Shown: positions 20,101 through 30,666 of the stretch, piece after piece
Layout of the letters: every line of letters begins with the position of its first letter
Position numbering within the stretch: position 1 is the first letter of the stretch
From: a candidate division WOR-3 bacterium
Lineage (GTDB): Bacteria; Hydrothermota; Hydrothermia; B15-G9; WFZT01
NCBI GenBank assembly: GCA_027053075.1
Contig: JALUEE010000027.1
Coordinates: 1 to 48,380 of the forward strand
Length of the DNA stretch: 48,380 nucleotides
Direction of reading: 5' to 3'
Notes under the pieces: generated by a model
Told to the model about the DNA's origin: nothing
Seen by the model: the letters and a program-made list of their open reading frames with translations, nothing else
The model's database searches: none
Position numbers and translations under genes: made by a program

Positions 20101-20408
20101 ACTGTCACTACGTCTTTTATGTATGGTTTTATAAAAGGACTTATGCTTTCCTCGGTGAGAAGGTCAACTTTTATTCCCAGAATCCTCTCTAACTCCTCCT
20201 GAATCCTCACAAATTCGATAAGCGTGGGAATTTCCCTAAATTTCACAATTAAATCAATGTCACTTGACTCTTTCTGCTCACCCCTTACATAAGAACCAAA
20301 AATCTTTATTTCCTCAATCTTATATTTTATCCTAAGCTCCTCCCTGTGGTCCCTTAAAATTTCAATTATTTCAGACAAATTTTTCATGGTATCGTTTCTC
20401 TCCACCAT
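20097..20408 (-). CDS. mntA: MntA-like minimal nucleotidyltransferase antitoxin
   Basis: GSX10DXD motif (GSYVRGEQKESSDID) and KVDL; 4-nt overlap with the HEPN gene. The start may be ATG 20387. Confidence 0.9.
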   Translation of the reverse strand: MVERNDTMKNLSEIIEILRDHREELRIKYKIEEIKIFGSYVRGEQKESSDIDLIVKFREIPTLIEFVRIQEELERILGIKVDLLTEESISPFIKPYIKDVVTV

Positions 20409-20545
20409 AGATTGCTACAAGTGACATTTAGGTATTAATCGCTCATTACCGGAGTTTCAATACTCCTGCATACCTGACTTTGCTGATTTAAAAAACCTAT
20501 TCAGTCCCTCTTTCTGGCTGGATCCGTTTTTCCCTGTTTTACACC

Positions 20546-21166
20546 CTAATGTGCCCTTACTATATCCTTTATCTTCATTATTCTCACCTGGTCGGAGCGT
20601 TCCATTTCGGAGAGTTTCATGGTAATGAATTTTACCGTCTCCTCAAGACTGGGAATTAAGACATACTCAAGTGAATTTACCCGTCTGCGGGTGCGGACGA
20701 TTTCGTCGGCAATCATCTGAAGGGCCTTTTCCTTTGAGGCAAGGTCAATAAGTTTTTCAACTACACTCTCAAGGGCCAAAAGTGAGGCATCAAGTTCCGA
20801 GGATGTGGTTATAAAACTGTAGGAAATCATCTCACCGGAAATTTCCTGCTCAAATTCAGGCACCTTCAGGTTCATGAGCACGATAAGCTTTTCTATGACC
20901 TTAATATTTTTAGTAGGTATTAAAAATGCCTCTTTCACTTCCTCCGGCTCCATCAAGGCACGTGCAAAGAGAAATCTCCTTGTGGTCTCAGTTAGTTCCT
21001 TCTCAACCTCTTCCCTCAGCTCCTTTATACCACGCATCAGAATCAAGAGCTGCCGCACGAGCTCGTCCTGCTTATCCTTCAGGAGTTTGTGTCCGCGCTT
21101 TGCAAGAGCTGTCCGCTTTTTCAAGCGGAGCAGCTCCATTCGGGTCGGATTAACATCAAGCTTCAT
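20546..21166 (-). CDS. atpD: A/V-type ATP synthase subunit D
   Basis: NPTRMELL...RGHKLLKDK and [10 protein letters not shown]. Confidence 0.96.
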   Translation of the reverse strand: MKLDVNPTRMELLRLKKRTALAKRGHKLLKDKQDELVRQLLILMRGIKELREEVEKELTETTRRFLFARALMEPEEVKEAFLIPTKNIKVIEKLIVLMNLKVPEFEQEISGEMISYSFITTSSELDASLLALESVVEKLIDLASKEKALQMIADEIVRTRRRVNSLEYVLIPSLEETVKFITMKLSEMERSDQVRIMKIKDIVRAH

Positions 21167-22578
21167 GATTCCTCTTTCTTAAACCTTGGTAAATACTTAT
21201 CCAGATATTCGTCTCTGATACGCTTGAGCTCTGATCTCGGGAACATGGAGAGGAGCTCCCAGCCGAGGTCCAGCGTCTGGAAAATGCTTCTGTCCTCGTA
21301 TTCCCCCTGCCCCACATACCTTTCCTCAAATATGTCGGCAAATTTGTAGTAGAGCTTATCCATCTCAGAAAGAGCGGCCTCACCCAAAATCACCGCAAGC
21401 TCCTGAGCCTCTTTACCGCGGGCATAGGCAGCAAAAAGCTGGTTGAATACGTCTGAGTGGTCTTCCCTCGTTTTCCCTTCACCAATTCCCTTGTCCTTCA
21501 AACGCGAAAGTGAGGGCAATACATCAATGGGTGGGTAAATCTTCTTTCTGTGAAGTGCCCTTGAAAGAATGATCTGGCCCTCTGTAATATAGCCCGTTAG
21601 GTCCGGAATTGGATGGGTTTTGTCATCCTCAGGCATGGTCAAAATGGGAATCAACGTGATGGACCCCTTCTTGTTTTTAATCCTTCCAGCCCTCTCATAA
21701 ATTGTCGCAAGGTCCGTGTAAAGATAGCCCGGATATCCACGACGTCCCGGCACCTCTTTCCTTGCCGCGGAAATCTCACGCAGCGCCTCACAGTAGTTGG
21801 TCATATCTGTCAAAATCACAAGCACGTGGTAATCTTTGGTGAATGCGAGGTATTCGGCAGTGGTCAAAACAACCCTTGGTGTCGCGATTCTCTCAATTGC
21901 CGGGTCATCTGCAAGGTTCAGGAAAAGCACTGTTCTCTCAAGCGCGCCGGTCTTTTTAAAATCGTTGATGAAAAATTCTGCCTCTTCAAAGGTAATTCCC
22001 ATGGCCCCGAAAACCACGGCAAACTCTTCCTGCTCACCGAGCACCTTTGCCTGACGCGCAATCTGAGCAGCAAGTTTATTGTGCGGCAATCCCGAGCCTG
22101 AAAAAATGGGTAGCTTTTGACCCCTCACAAGTGTATTGAGTCCGTCAATTGCAGAAATTCCCGTCTGAATAAACTCGTTAGGATAGTCCCTCGAATAGGG
22201 ATTGATAGGGGCACCGTTTATGTCCCTTCTCTCCTCAGCAATAATCTCCGGGCCACCATCAATGGGCCTTCCAAGACCATCGAAGACCCTGCCCAGCATG
22301 TCTGTTGAGAGCGGAAGTTCAATTCCCTTCGCAAGAAATCTAACCTTCGTCTTTGGTGTATCAATTCCGGTGGTTCCCTCAAAAACCTGAATCAGGGCCT
22401 TGTCGCGCTCCACCTGGAGCACCTGTCCGTGCCTTGATTCGCCAGATGGAAGCACAATTTCCACGAGCTCTGCATATTTAACACCCTCCACTCCCTCAAC
22501 AAGGAGAAGAGGACCGGAGATGTCATTAACAGCCTGATATTCGATAAATTTCTTGGAATTAAGCGACAGAGACGGCAT
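21163..22578 (-). CDS. atpB: A/V-type ATP synthase subunit B
   Basis: [28 protein letters not shown] and [15 protein letters not shown]. Confidence 0.97.
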   Translation of the reverse strand: MPSLSLNSKKFIEYQAVNDISGPLLLVEGVEGVKYAELVEIVLPSGESRHGQVLQVERDKALIQVFEGTTGIDTPKTKVRFLAKGIELPLSTDMLGRVFDGLGRPIDGGPEIIAEERRDINGAPINPYSRDYPNEFIQTGISAIDGLNTLVRGQKLPIFSGSGLPHNKLAAQIARQAKVLGEQEEFAVVFGAMGITFEEAEFFINDFKKTGALERTVLFLNLADDPAIERIATPRVVLTTAEYLAFTKDYHVLVILTDMTNYCEALREISAARKEVPGRRGYPGYLYTDLATIYERAGRIKNKKGSITLIPILTMPEDDKTHPIPDLTGYITEGQIILSRALHRKKIYPPIDVLPSLSRLKDKGIGEGKTREDHSDVFNQLFAAYARGKEAQELAVILGEAALSEMDKLYYKFADIFEERYVGQGEYEDRSIFQTLDLGWELLSMFPRSELKRIRDEYLDKYLPRFKKEES

Positions 22579-24310
22579 TTTGAATTTCCTCCTGTATGGA
22601 TTTTGTTACTTCTTCAATTTTGTCCTCGGTGGCATATTTCATCCTTGCAATCCGCTCCCAGGTAGGTAACTCTTTGAGCTCCGCAACTGTCTTGCCCTGT
22701 TCGATCATCTTTTTGAGCTGCTCGTAGAAGAAAATGATGGTTTTGAGCATGAGATACTGTTTTTTGAGTGATGAATAAGTGTCCACCTCATGGAATGCGT
22801 TCTGGTGCAGAAAATCTTCTCTGATGGAGCGGGCAATCTCAAGAAGCAACTGGTCTTCCTGTGAAAGGTTTTCAACTCCCACAAGTCTGACAATCTCCTC
22901 AAGCTCAGCCTCTTTTTCAAGTATCCTCATGGCATAGTTTGTAAGGTCAAAGAAATCCTCTGCCACATTCTTCGATAGCCACTCCTTTGAAATATCCCTG
23001 TAGAGGGAATAGGATGTGAGCCAGTTAATTGCAGGGAAATGCCTTCTGTATGCAAGCTTATCCTCGAGTGACCAGAATACTTTCACAACCCTGAGGGTTG
23101 CCTGAACCACAGGGTCTGAGAGGTCACCACCGGGAGGTGAGACCGCACCGATAACGGTGAGTGAGCCTTCTCTATCCGGTGAGCCGAGGCATTTCACGCG
23201 CCCGGCCCTTTCATAGAATGTTGCAACCCTTGCTGCAAGGTATGCCGGGTATCCCTCTTCGCCGGGCATCTCCTCAAGACGCCCTGAAATCTCCCTCATT
23301 GCCTCAGCCCATCTTGATGTGGAATCGGCCATGAGGGCAACGGAATAGCCCATATCCCTGAAATACTCGGCAATGGTAATTCCTGTGTAAACTGAAGCCT
23401 CGCGGGCTGCCACAGGCATGTTGGATGTATTGGCAATAAGAACTGTTCTCTCCATTAAAGGCAGCCCTGAACGCGGGTCTTTCAACTCCGGAAATTCAAT
23501 CAATACGTCTGTCATCTCATTTCCACGCTCACCGCATCCGATATAAACCACGATGTCTGCATCAGACCACTTTGCAAGCTGGTGCTGAATAACCGTCTTG
23601 CCAGAGCCAAAGGGACCGGGAACACAGGCTGTGCCGCCTTTCGTTACAGGGAAAAACGTATCAATAACACGCTGTCCGGTCACCATGAGCTCGATCGGAA
23701 GCACCTTCTCCCTGAACGGTCTCGGCTTACGAACGGGCCATTTCTGCATCATTATGATGTCTTTTGTTTCGCCTTCCGGTGTCTTCACTTTCGCCACAGG
23801 CTCCTCGACCGTGTACTCGCCCTCTTGAATCTCGACAAGTTCACCCCTAACACCCGGTGGGACCATGATTTTGTGGACAACTAACTCGGTTTCCTGAACC
23901 TCTCCAATCACATCGCCGGCTTCGACAGTGTCACCTTTTTTCTTCGTGGGCTTGAAGTGCCATTTTTTCTCCCTATCCAGTGCAGGAACGTGGATACCCC
24001 TTGTGATAAAATCGCCTGCAAGTGCTGCGATCTTATCAAGCGGCCTCTCAACACCATCATAAATTGACCTGATCAGGCCCGGGCCAAGCTCCACAGAAAG
24101 AGGAGCACCTGTGGGATACACAGGCTCACCTGGCCCTACACCTGCAGTTTCCTCATAAACCTGAATGGATGCAAGGTCCCCCTTGAGCTCGATAATCTCG
24201 CCCAATAGTTTTTTCTCGCTAACCAGGGCCACATCATACATTTTAGCCCCGCTCATTCCCTCTGCCACCACGAGGGGACCTGCAACTTTTACAATTCTCC
24301 CAACTTCCAT
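22559..24310 (-). CDS. atpA: A/V-type ATP synthase subunit A
   Basis: Walker [17 protein letters not shown] and [12 protein letters not shown]; no intein. Confidence 0.97.
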   Translation of the reverse strand: MEVGRIVKVAGPLVVAEGMSGAKMYDVALVSEKKLLGEIIELKGDLASIQVYEETAGVGPGEPVYPTGAPLSVELGPGLIRSIYDGVERPLDKIAALAGDFITRGIHVPALDREKKWHFKPTKKKGDTVEAGDVIGEVQETELVVHKIMVPPGVRGELVEIQEGEYTVEEPVAKVKTPEGETKDIIMMQKWPVRKPRPFREKVLPIELMVTGQRVIDTFFPVTKGGTACVPGPFGSGKTVIQHQLAKWSDADIVVYIGCGERGNEMTDVLIEFPELKDPRSGLPLMERTVLIANTSNMPVAAREASVYTGITIAEYFRDMGYSVALMADSTSRWAEAMREISGRLEEMPGEEGYPAYLAARVATFYERAGRVKCLGSPDREGSLTVIGAVSPPGGDLSDPVVQATLRVVKVFWSLEDKLAYRRHFPAINWLTSYSLYRDISKEWLSKNVAEDFFDLTNYAMRILEKEAELEEIVRLVGVENLSQEDQLLLEIARSIREDFLHQNAFHEVDTYSSLKKQYLMLKTIIFFYEQLKKMIEQGKTVAELKELPTWERIARMKYATEDKIEEVTKSIQEEIQNAVSVA

Positions 24311-24322
24311 GTTCTTTTCTCC

Positions 24323-24628
24323 TTAAAAAATATCTGCTCCGATTGCCCTTTTTATGATTTCTCTTAAATTCTCAAAAGCCCTGCCACTGCTGCCAAGTGG
24401 ACCGGGGATCGCCGAAATCACCGGAACCGCCTTCTCCATGGTCTTTTCAATCAGGTCACTCAGATGCTCGTAGTAATCCTCCTGAACAAAGATAAGTGAG
24501 TACCCGTCCAATGCGGATTTCACCGCCTCAACAGCCTCTTCTGCACTGTTTACCACTCTGATGTCAAAACCCACAGCACTGTATGGCATGACCACGTTTT
24601 TATTGCCTATGCATATAACGTTACTCAT
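24323..24628 (-). CDS. atpF: A/V-type ATP synthase subunit F
   Basis: 101 aa, C-terminal IKRAIGADI and operon position. Confidence 0.9.
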   Translation of the reverse strand: MSNVICIGNKNVVMPYSAVGFDIRVVNSAEEAVEAVKSALDGYSLIFVQEDYYEHLSDLIEKTMEKAVPVISAIPGPLGSSGRAFENLREIIKRAIGADIF

Positions 24629-25644
24629 CAGACCACCACCGTCAGGCTTTCTTTAATTTCCTGGGGTTTAACGTTGTAAAAAACTCCGATAAACGTGATC
24701 CGCAGGGCTCTGATCTCCTCGAATTTGAAGTAGAGATAGGCAATAATCGGCTCAACTCCCATATCAATCTTCCTCGTCTCCTTTAAAAAGCCGTTGAGAT
24801 ACGATTTCATGAGCCTTTCATAGACTCTCAGAGAACCGGATTCTTTGAACGCCCTGTATCCTTCCTCGTAAATTTTGCCATAAGGTGTGTAGGAAAGTCG
24901 GTCAACAAGTCCATCTGGCTCCTCGCTTAGAAACAGCCCCGGCTCGAGGTACCCGGTATCGAGCAGGTAATTTTTTAGCTGGTCTGCCGAATCAAGGTTG
25001 TAAAGCCTGAGAAAAGTTCTGATATTGATCAGGTCGGATTCTAAACGGTGATAAATGGCAAAAAAGTCATTCTCCGTGGCAGGAGAAGTGAGAAACCTAT
25101 ACATCTCGCGGTCAACTGCTGTAGAGAGGTCCTGGTAGCTTTTTGCCTCATAGTAAGCCGTGACGCCTGCCTCCACAGCCCGCGTCAGGTGCTCCGGCAA
25201 CCACGAATACTTTTCGTCCTTGAAAATCTGCTTCAGGTCGTCAATGGGCACCGTGCCGTCCTCGGAAAGTGCAAAGTCAAATTCCTTTTCCTCTATTTTC
25301 GATTTCAGGAGCACTTTAATGTTGTGAAAATCAAACTTTGCGCGCGCTTTTAGCTTTAAAGACTCGTCCTGGCAGAGTTCATCGAAGGTCTTTAGCACCT
25401 CTCGTCTCTCGGCAATGAGCATATTTTCAAATGAATCCTCGTCGCGAACATCGGCAAGGTATTTTGAATAGGGGGTCTCCTGCAAGAATTTTAGGTAATC
25501 TGCCACCTCACCAGCTTCGGCAAGTCGGTCGAAAAAGCTGCGCGGAATCAGGCTTTTCTCTAATACACGAATGCGGCCGACGGCATAGGTGTAGCGCGCA
25601 TCTTCCTTTCCAAACGGAGGATATTTCAAAAAGTTAATAGCCAT
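24628..25644 (-). CDS. atpC: A/V-type ATP synthase subunit C
   Basis: YAVGRIRVLE, DFHNIKVLLK and EPIIAYL...EIRALR. Confidence 0.9.
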   Translation of the reverse strand: MAINFLKYPPFGKEDARYTYAVGRIRVLEKSLIPRSFFDRLAEAGEVADYLKFLQETPYSKYLADVRDEDSFENMLIAERREVLKTFDELCQDESLKLKARAKFDFHNIKVLLKSKIEEKEFDFALSEDGTVPIDDLKQIFKDEKYSWLPEHLTRAVEAGVTAYYEAKSYQDLSTAVDREMYRFLTSPATENDFFAIYHRLESDLINIRTFLRLYNLDSADQLKNYLLDTGYLEPGLFLSEEPDGLVDRLSYTPYGKIYEEGYRAFKESGSLRVYERLMKSYLNGFLKETRKIDMGVEPIIAYLYFKFEEIRALRITFIGVFYNVKPQEIKESLTVVV

Positions 25645-26225
25645 TATTCCTCGAAGAGCAGACCTTTGATTTGGTCTTCAAGCTCGTCCTTCAGGTCAGG
25701 AATGATCACCTCGGGAGCAAGATTGATCTCAATCTTTCCCTGCTTCAATGTGAAGCCATAATAGCCACGTGCCTTTTCCTTTGAGAGAGTGAGCTCGAGT
25801 CCTGTTGTCTTTGCGAGTTCCTTCACAAATCCTCCATCCACTCTCTTTTCTCTGTCTCCGGGTATCACCTCAAATTTACCTTTTAGCTTGAGTGCCTTAA
25901 TGAAACTCGCAATGTGCTTGAGAAAGTCGCCTTTTGACTCTTCTTGGAGTTTTTTCTCCACTTTTACAAAGACGGAGTCCATGATTTCGCGCTTTGCCTG
26001 CAGGACTTTCTTGCGGAGCTCGATTACCTCAAGACCGATCTTTTTCTCTTTCTCTTTCTTCGCTACCTCTTCAGCCTCTTTTTTTGCGGATTCTATGATA
26101 AATTTCTTTTCCTTTTCCGCGTCCTCAAGGATGGCTTTTGCCTCAGCCTCTGCCTGCTTGATGATCTCCTTCGCCTGCTCTTCCGCCTCTTTTAATATTT
26201 TTTCTGTAATCTTTGAGCCGTGCAT
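25644..26225 (-). CDS. atpE: A/V-type ATP synthase subunit E
   Basis: Charged N-terminal coiled coil plus globular C-terminus; operon position. Confidence 0.85.
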   Translation of the reverse strand: MHGSKITEKILKEAEEQAKEIIKQAEAEAKAILEDAEKEKKFIIESAKKEAEEVAKKEKEKKIGLEVIELRKKVLQAKREIMDSVFVKVEKKLQEESKGDFLKHIASFIKALKLKGKFEVIPGDREKRVDGGFVKELAKTTGLELTLSKEKARGYYGFTLKQGKIEINLAPEVIIPDLKDELEDQIKGLLFEE

Positions 26226-26229
26226 GATG

Positions 26230-26721
<492 letters not shown>

Positions 26722-26767
26722 TTACTTTCAACGGGGTCTCCCCCGGGTGATAAGTTCACCTCCAGAT

Positions 26768-28759
26768 TTACGCACTTTTTCTTATTTCAGTGTAATAGCC
26801 CTCAATTCCAAAGGGCTTAAATTCATGGCCTCCGTTATCATAAAACTTCGTGAAAAATTCCACGTACTGAAGCCTCAAACTGTGAACAAAGGCACCCATG
26901 ACGTTGATTATTATGCTGAATAGATGCCCTCCAATGAAAATCAAAACAGCAAGTACAATCCCTAAATACGGGATTGGAAGCACAAGTTTTGCGACAATGT
27001 TGATGGACATGGCAATTCCGGCCGTCACCATCCCAAGAGCCATGAGCCTGACATAGGAGAGCAGGTCACCTACATATCCCGTGATTCCGTAGAGATTGTA
27101 GAGCCCTTTAACAAGCCTCACAACAAAGCTGCCCGATGTCCCGCCACTTAAGAAGATAATCAGTAGAATCGGTGCGAAAAGGAAAAATGAAATGATGTAG
27201 CCAACAACCCCGTAGTGAAAAAGAACTTCACCGTATGACTTCCCGACCTTCACCCCCACAATATAGGGGACAATGAGGAAAAGGATAAGGAAAAACCACG
27301 AGAGTTCATTTGCAATACCATCAATCAGTTCACCGTTTTTCACCCTTTTGTAAAATCCAACAAGAAGCCCCAGCTCCACCTGAATCAAACCCAGGACAAG
27401 GGAAAGGTAGAAAAACGGCATGGGATTTATCATGGGGTCAAAGAGTAGCAGGCTGTTTCTGAATTTGTGTAAAAATGGAACCGGCAGGGACGTAAATAGG
27501 TCGCCAAACCAGCTACCTGTTATCGCTCCTGCAAAAATTGCCATAATCCCACCATAAAGTAGAACACTCAAAAACTGCATTTTGCCAAGCTTTTTCATGA
27601 GAAGCAGGGCAATAATGATGAGCGAAATTCCGTACCCCGCATCTGTTAGACATAATCCAAAGAAAACCGCAAAAAATGGTGTCAAAAGTGGGGTGGGGTC
27701 AACCTCACGCAGATTGGGCAACCCGTAGAGCTTTGTTAAAAGCTCAAAGGGCTTAATGGGCTTTTTGTTATCAATAAAAGTTGGTGGATTGTCCTCTGGT
27801 GAGGGCTCTTCAACATTGTAGGTGGCAGATTCAAATTTTTTAAGGATTTTATCAAGTTTTTTGACGTCTTTTTCCTTTATCCAGCCTGTGACAAGGAACG
27901 TTGACTTTGTTTCCAGTCCCTGATTTTCCACGCGGACTTTATTGCCTTCATTTGAGAGAAAATCATAGACAATCAGAAGGTTGAGCTTTTCTTTTGCAAG
28001 CTCTGCTGCTTCTTTGAGCTTTTCTTCCCTCTCACGCCAGAGATTTTCAAGCTCCCTCTTGAATTTTTCTACCAGTTCTGCCGGCTTTCCTTTAAGCCCT
28101 TTAAAATCAACCTGCTCAAAACCCATTTTTAAAAGCTCATTTTTAACTTTAGTGGAAATTTCCTTTAAAAATGCGACGATAAGATAGACAAACCTTGAGT
28201 CACGGCTGATCACAGAATATTCGATATCTTCGATGTTTTTTAGCTCATATTCCTGATTTGCTGGAATGGTGCCAGCGACAATCTCCACTTTCTCAGAAAC
28301 TCCAATCTCTTCGACTGGGATATCGAGGTCATACCATTTTCTGAGGGAATCTATCCGGGATGTGAGGTTGGCTTCTAAATTCTTTAATTCGGTTAGCCTC
28401 TTTTCTATGCCCTCAATCTTATCGAGGGTCTTTTCATAATCGTAGGTCTTCGGGACTTTCCTTAGTTCTTCCTCTGTAATCTCCGGCTTGATTTCAAAGA
28501 ATGTCTCCAGGAAGCCTTTTTTGCCGTCAAATTGATTGAGAAATTCCACAGCTCGACGAATTCGCGAGAGTGTATATTCAATCTCAGGAGCAGATGCCTC
28601 GACCCTTTTCTCCTTTACTTCGGGGATTTCCTTGAATGCGGGGTCCTCTCTGACATCACTAATATGAACAAGCCCCTCTTCCTGCAGGGTATCAATAAGA
28701 TGGTCCTTTTCACTTTTGTGGACAACGAAAGTGATTTTCTTGACTTTTACAATAGCCAT
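26768..28759 (-). CDS. atpI: A/V-type ATP synthase subunit I
   Basis: YGLP...DPT, TDAGYG, SYVRLMALG and HSLRLQYVEFFTKFY. Confidence 0.96.
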   Translation of the reverse strand: MAIVKVKKITFVVHKSEKDHLIDTLQEEGLVHISDVREDPAFKEIPEVKEKRVEASAPEIEYTLSRIRRAVEFLNQFDGKKGFLETFFEIKPEITEEELRKVPKTYDYEKTLDKIEGIEKRLTELKNLEANLTSRIDSLRKWYDLDIPVEEIGVSEKVEIVAGTIPANQEYELKNIEDIEYSVISRDSRFVYLIVAFLKEISTKVKNELLKMGFEQVDFKGLKGKPAELVEKFKRELENLWREREEKLKEAAELAKEKLNLLIVYDFLSNEGNKVRVENQGLETKSTFLVTGWIKEKDVKKLDKILKKFESATYNVEEPSPEDNPPTFIDNKKPIKPFELLTKLYGLPNLREVDPTPLLTPFFAVFFGLCLTDAGYGISLIIIALLLMKKLGKMQFLSVLLYGGIMAIFAGAITGSWFGDLFTSLPVPFLHKFRNSLLLFDPMINPMPFFYLSLVLGLIQVELGLLVGFYKRVKNGELIDGIANELSWFFLILFLIVPYIVGVKVGKSYGEVLFHYGVVGYIISFFLFAPILLIIFLSGGTSGSFVVRLVKGLYNLYGITGYVGDLLSYVRLMALGMVTAGIAMSINIVAKLVLPIPYLGIVLAVLIFIGGHLFSIIINVMGAFVHSLRLQYVEFFTKFYDNGGHEFKPFGIEGYYTEIRKSA

Positions 28760-29070
28760 TATTCAAAAACCAGTTCAAAGACTTTTTTAACGGCAGAGTC
28801 TATCTTTTTTTCGCCCTGTTCTTTTATCTTTTTAACCTTCTCTTCGGTTTCTTTCTGAAGTCTTTTGATCTCCTCGTCAGCCTCTTTATCTGCTTTTTTA
28901 ATGGCAGCCTCGATTATTTCCTGCCTCTTTTTCTCGGCTTCAGCCCGGAGCTCTTCCCTCTTTTTCTTGGCATCTTCTACGATTTTTCGTGCCTTTTCCT
29001 GCGCTTCTTTTACAATACTATCTGCCTTTTGCTCTGCCTCTTTAATTTCTTTAATGATTTCAACAGCCAA
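28759..29070 (-). CDS. atpH: A/V-type ATP synthase subunit H/G (peripheral stalk)
   Basis: 103-aa K/E/A-rich coiled coil, first gene of the operon; TTG start with GGAGG SD. Confidence 0.85.
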   Translation of the reverse strand: MAVEIIKEIKEAEQKADSIVKEAQEKARKIVEDAKKKREELRAEAEKKRQEIIEAAIKKADKEADEEIKRLQKETEEKVKKIKEQGEKKIDSAVKKVFELVFE

Positions 29071-29103
29071 TGTGAAACCTCCCTTTGAAAAATCAGGTAA
29101 AAG

Positions 29104-29133
29104 ATTGTATTGAGCTTATAGTGGACCTGTCAA
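29104..29133 (-). promoter_or_regulatory. putative sigma70 promoter of the ATPase operon
   Basis: Minus strand TTGACA-N18-TACAAT. Confidence 0.55.
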
Positions 29134-29378
29134 GGCAATTCAGGCCCGATTTCACAAGTTTTCATCACACTTTTAAAGAATTGACAATATTGACTAATTT
29201 AATAAAGGGAAAGGAGTGGGAATAAGGAACATTTCCTCACCGTAAAGATGAGAAAGCCAGCAGTGTGCATATATCAATGAGAGTCTGAACATTTCTTTAC
29301 TTACAGAGTCAATTTAGACAATTCATAAGCCACACACAGTAAATGAAGGAAAAGCAATTTTGACGAAAATCGAGGTAT

Positions 29379-29504
29379 GAGCCTGTTCGAAAAAATCTCA
29401 AATTCTTTGATTTTTGAGGAAAAATTTACCCCCCACCTTGTTCCTCTCCCCACGTATAAAGTGCGTGGGGGGGAGAGGAGGAGGGGGAATTTTCGAACAA
29501 GCTC
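29379..29504. mobile_element. MITE copy 2 (126 bp)
   Basis: Same TIRs as copy 1; flanking direct repeat atcgaggtat (29369-29378 and 29505-29514). Confidence 0.9.
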
Positions 29505-29513
29505 ATCGAGGTA

Positions 29514-29542
29514 TTGACATCAAAATACAAAAGGCATATAAA
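29514..29542 (+). promoter_or_regulatory. putative sigma70 promoter upstream of the HEPN/KAP genes
   Basis: TTGACA-N17-TATAAA. Confidence 0.65.
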
Positions 29543-29654
29543 TAATCGTAATCGTAAATTGTGAGAATTCTATCTGAATGAGGTTTCAAGCAATTGGTTC
29601 AACTATATCGCGCAATTAGTGTCATAGTCGGTCACTAATTGTTTGGACTTTACA

Positions 29655-30461
29655 ATGATGAAATCTGTTATTGAACGTTTCAAAGAGGATCTTGACAAGT
29701 TGATTTATAAAGGGGAGCGTCTTCTTTTTTCAATGCAAAGGGAATGTTTTCCTGAAGAATTTGACCGTGCCATGAAGAGAAAATTTGGTGATCAAGTACA
29801 AGATATCATAAACTCCCTTCCCTCTTTTACTGATGAGTATCAGAGTTGGTACTCAGAAGCATTGATACTAATGAAACAACTGCTTCCTGACAGAGTTGCA
29901 GATTTCGTTCGTTATTATGCAAAACCCAGAGGACGAAAAGACATTGACTATGAATCTTACAGAATTGAAAATTATCTTCAAGGCCTGAGAGTAAATAGTT
30001 TAGGTAAAAAAATCGTAGGTCCAGAAGCTGCTATACCTCTTTTTCGACAGCAATTGGCTATGTTGAAGTCTGCAAGACGCCGTTTCGAGAGTTCCATATT
30101 TGATATTCGTCAACTGGTGCAAGCGGACCTCTTTGATTCAGAACTAGAAGCAGCCAAAGTGCTTCTGAAACATAAGTTTTTACGTGCGGCAGGGGCTTTG
30201 GCTGGCGTAGTGCTTGAGCGGCATCTTAAACAAGTGTGTGATAATCATGGCATAAAGGTGAGGAAGAAATCTCCAACTTTCGCCGATTTAAATAATGCTT
30301 TGAAAGAAAACGAAGTTATTGAGATTGTTAAATGGCGCTATATCCAGCACTTGGCGGATATCCGTAATCTATGCACTCATGACAAAAAGGTTGAACCCTC
30401 AACATAACAGGTCGGTGAGTTAATAGATGGTGTCTCAAAATTGACAAAGACAGTATTTTAG
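29655..30461 (+). pseudogene. HEPN-domain (DUF4145-like) protein with premature stop near the C-terminus
   Basis: RAAGALAGVVLERHL and the RX4H motif RNLCTH. After TAA 30405-30407 the frame continues QVGELIDGVSKLTKTVF* to 30461, an amphipathic terminal helix. It may still be expressed as a truncated protein. Confidence 0.65.
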
Positions 30462-30666
30462 CGTTTTACTTTATCCACCTTTAAGGTGGGTTAACCCATA
30501 AGGTAGCAGATTTAGCCTTTACGCTAATTTTGAGGCGGCAATTTGCAATGTGAGTGTCGGGTCTGTTGAAATGGAGTTGTGCTAATCCACAATCTTGGTA
30601 GAAAGAGTGTATATGTATAAATTTCAAACTGCTTCGAAAAAGCAGCACACAGGGAGAAAAAATTAC

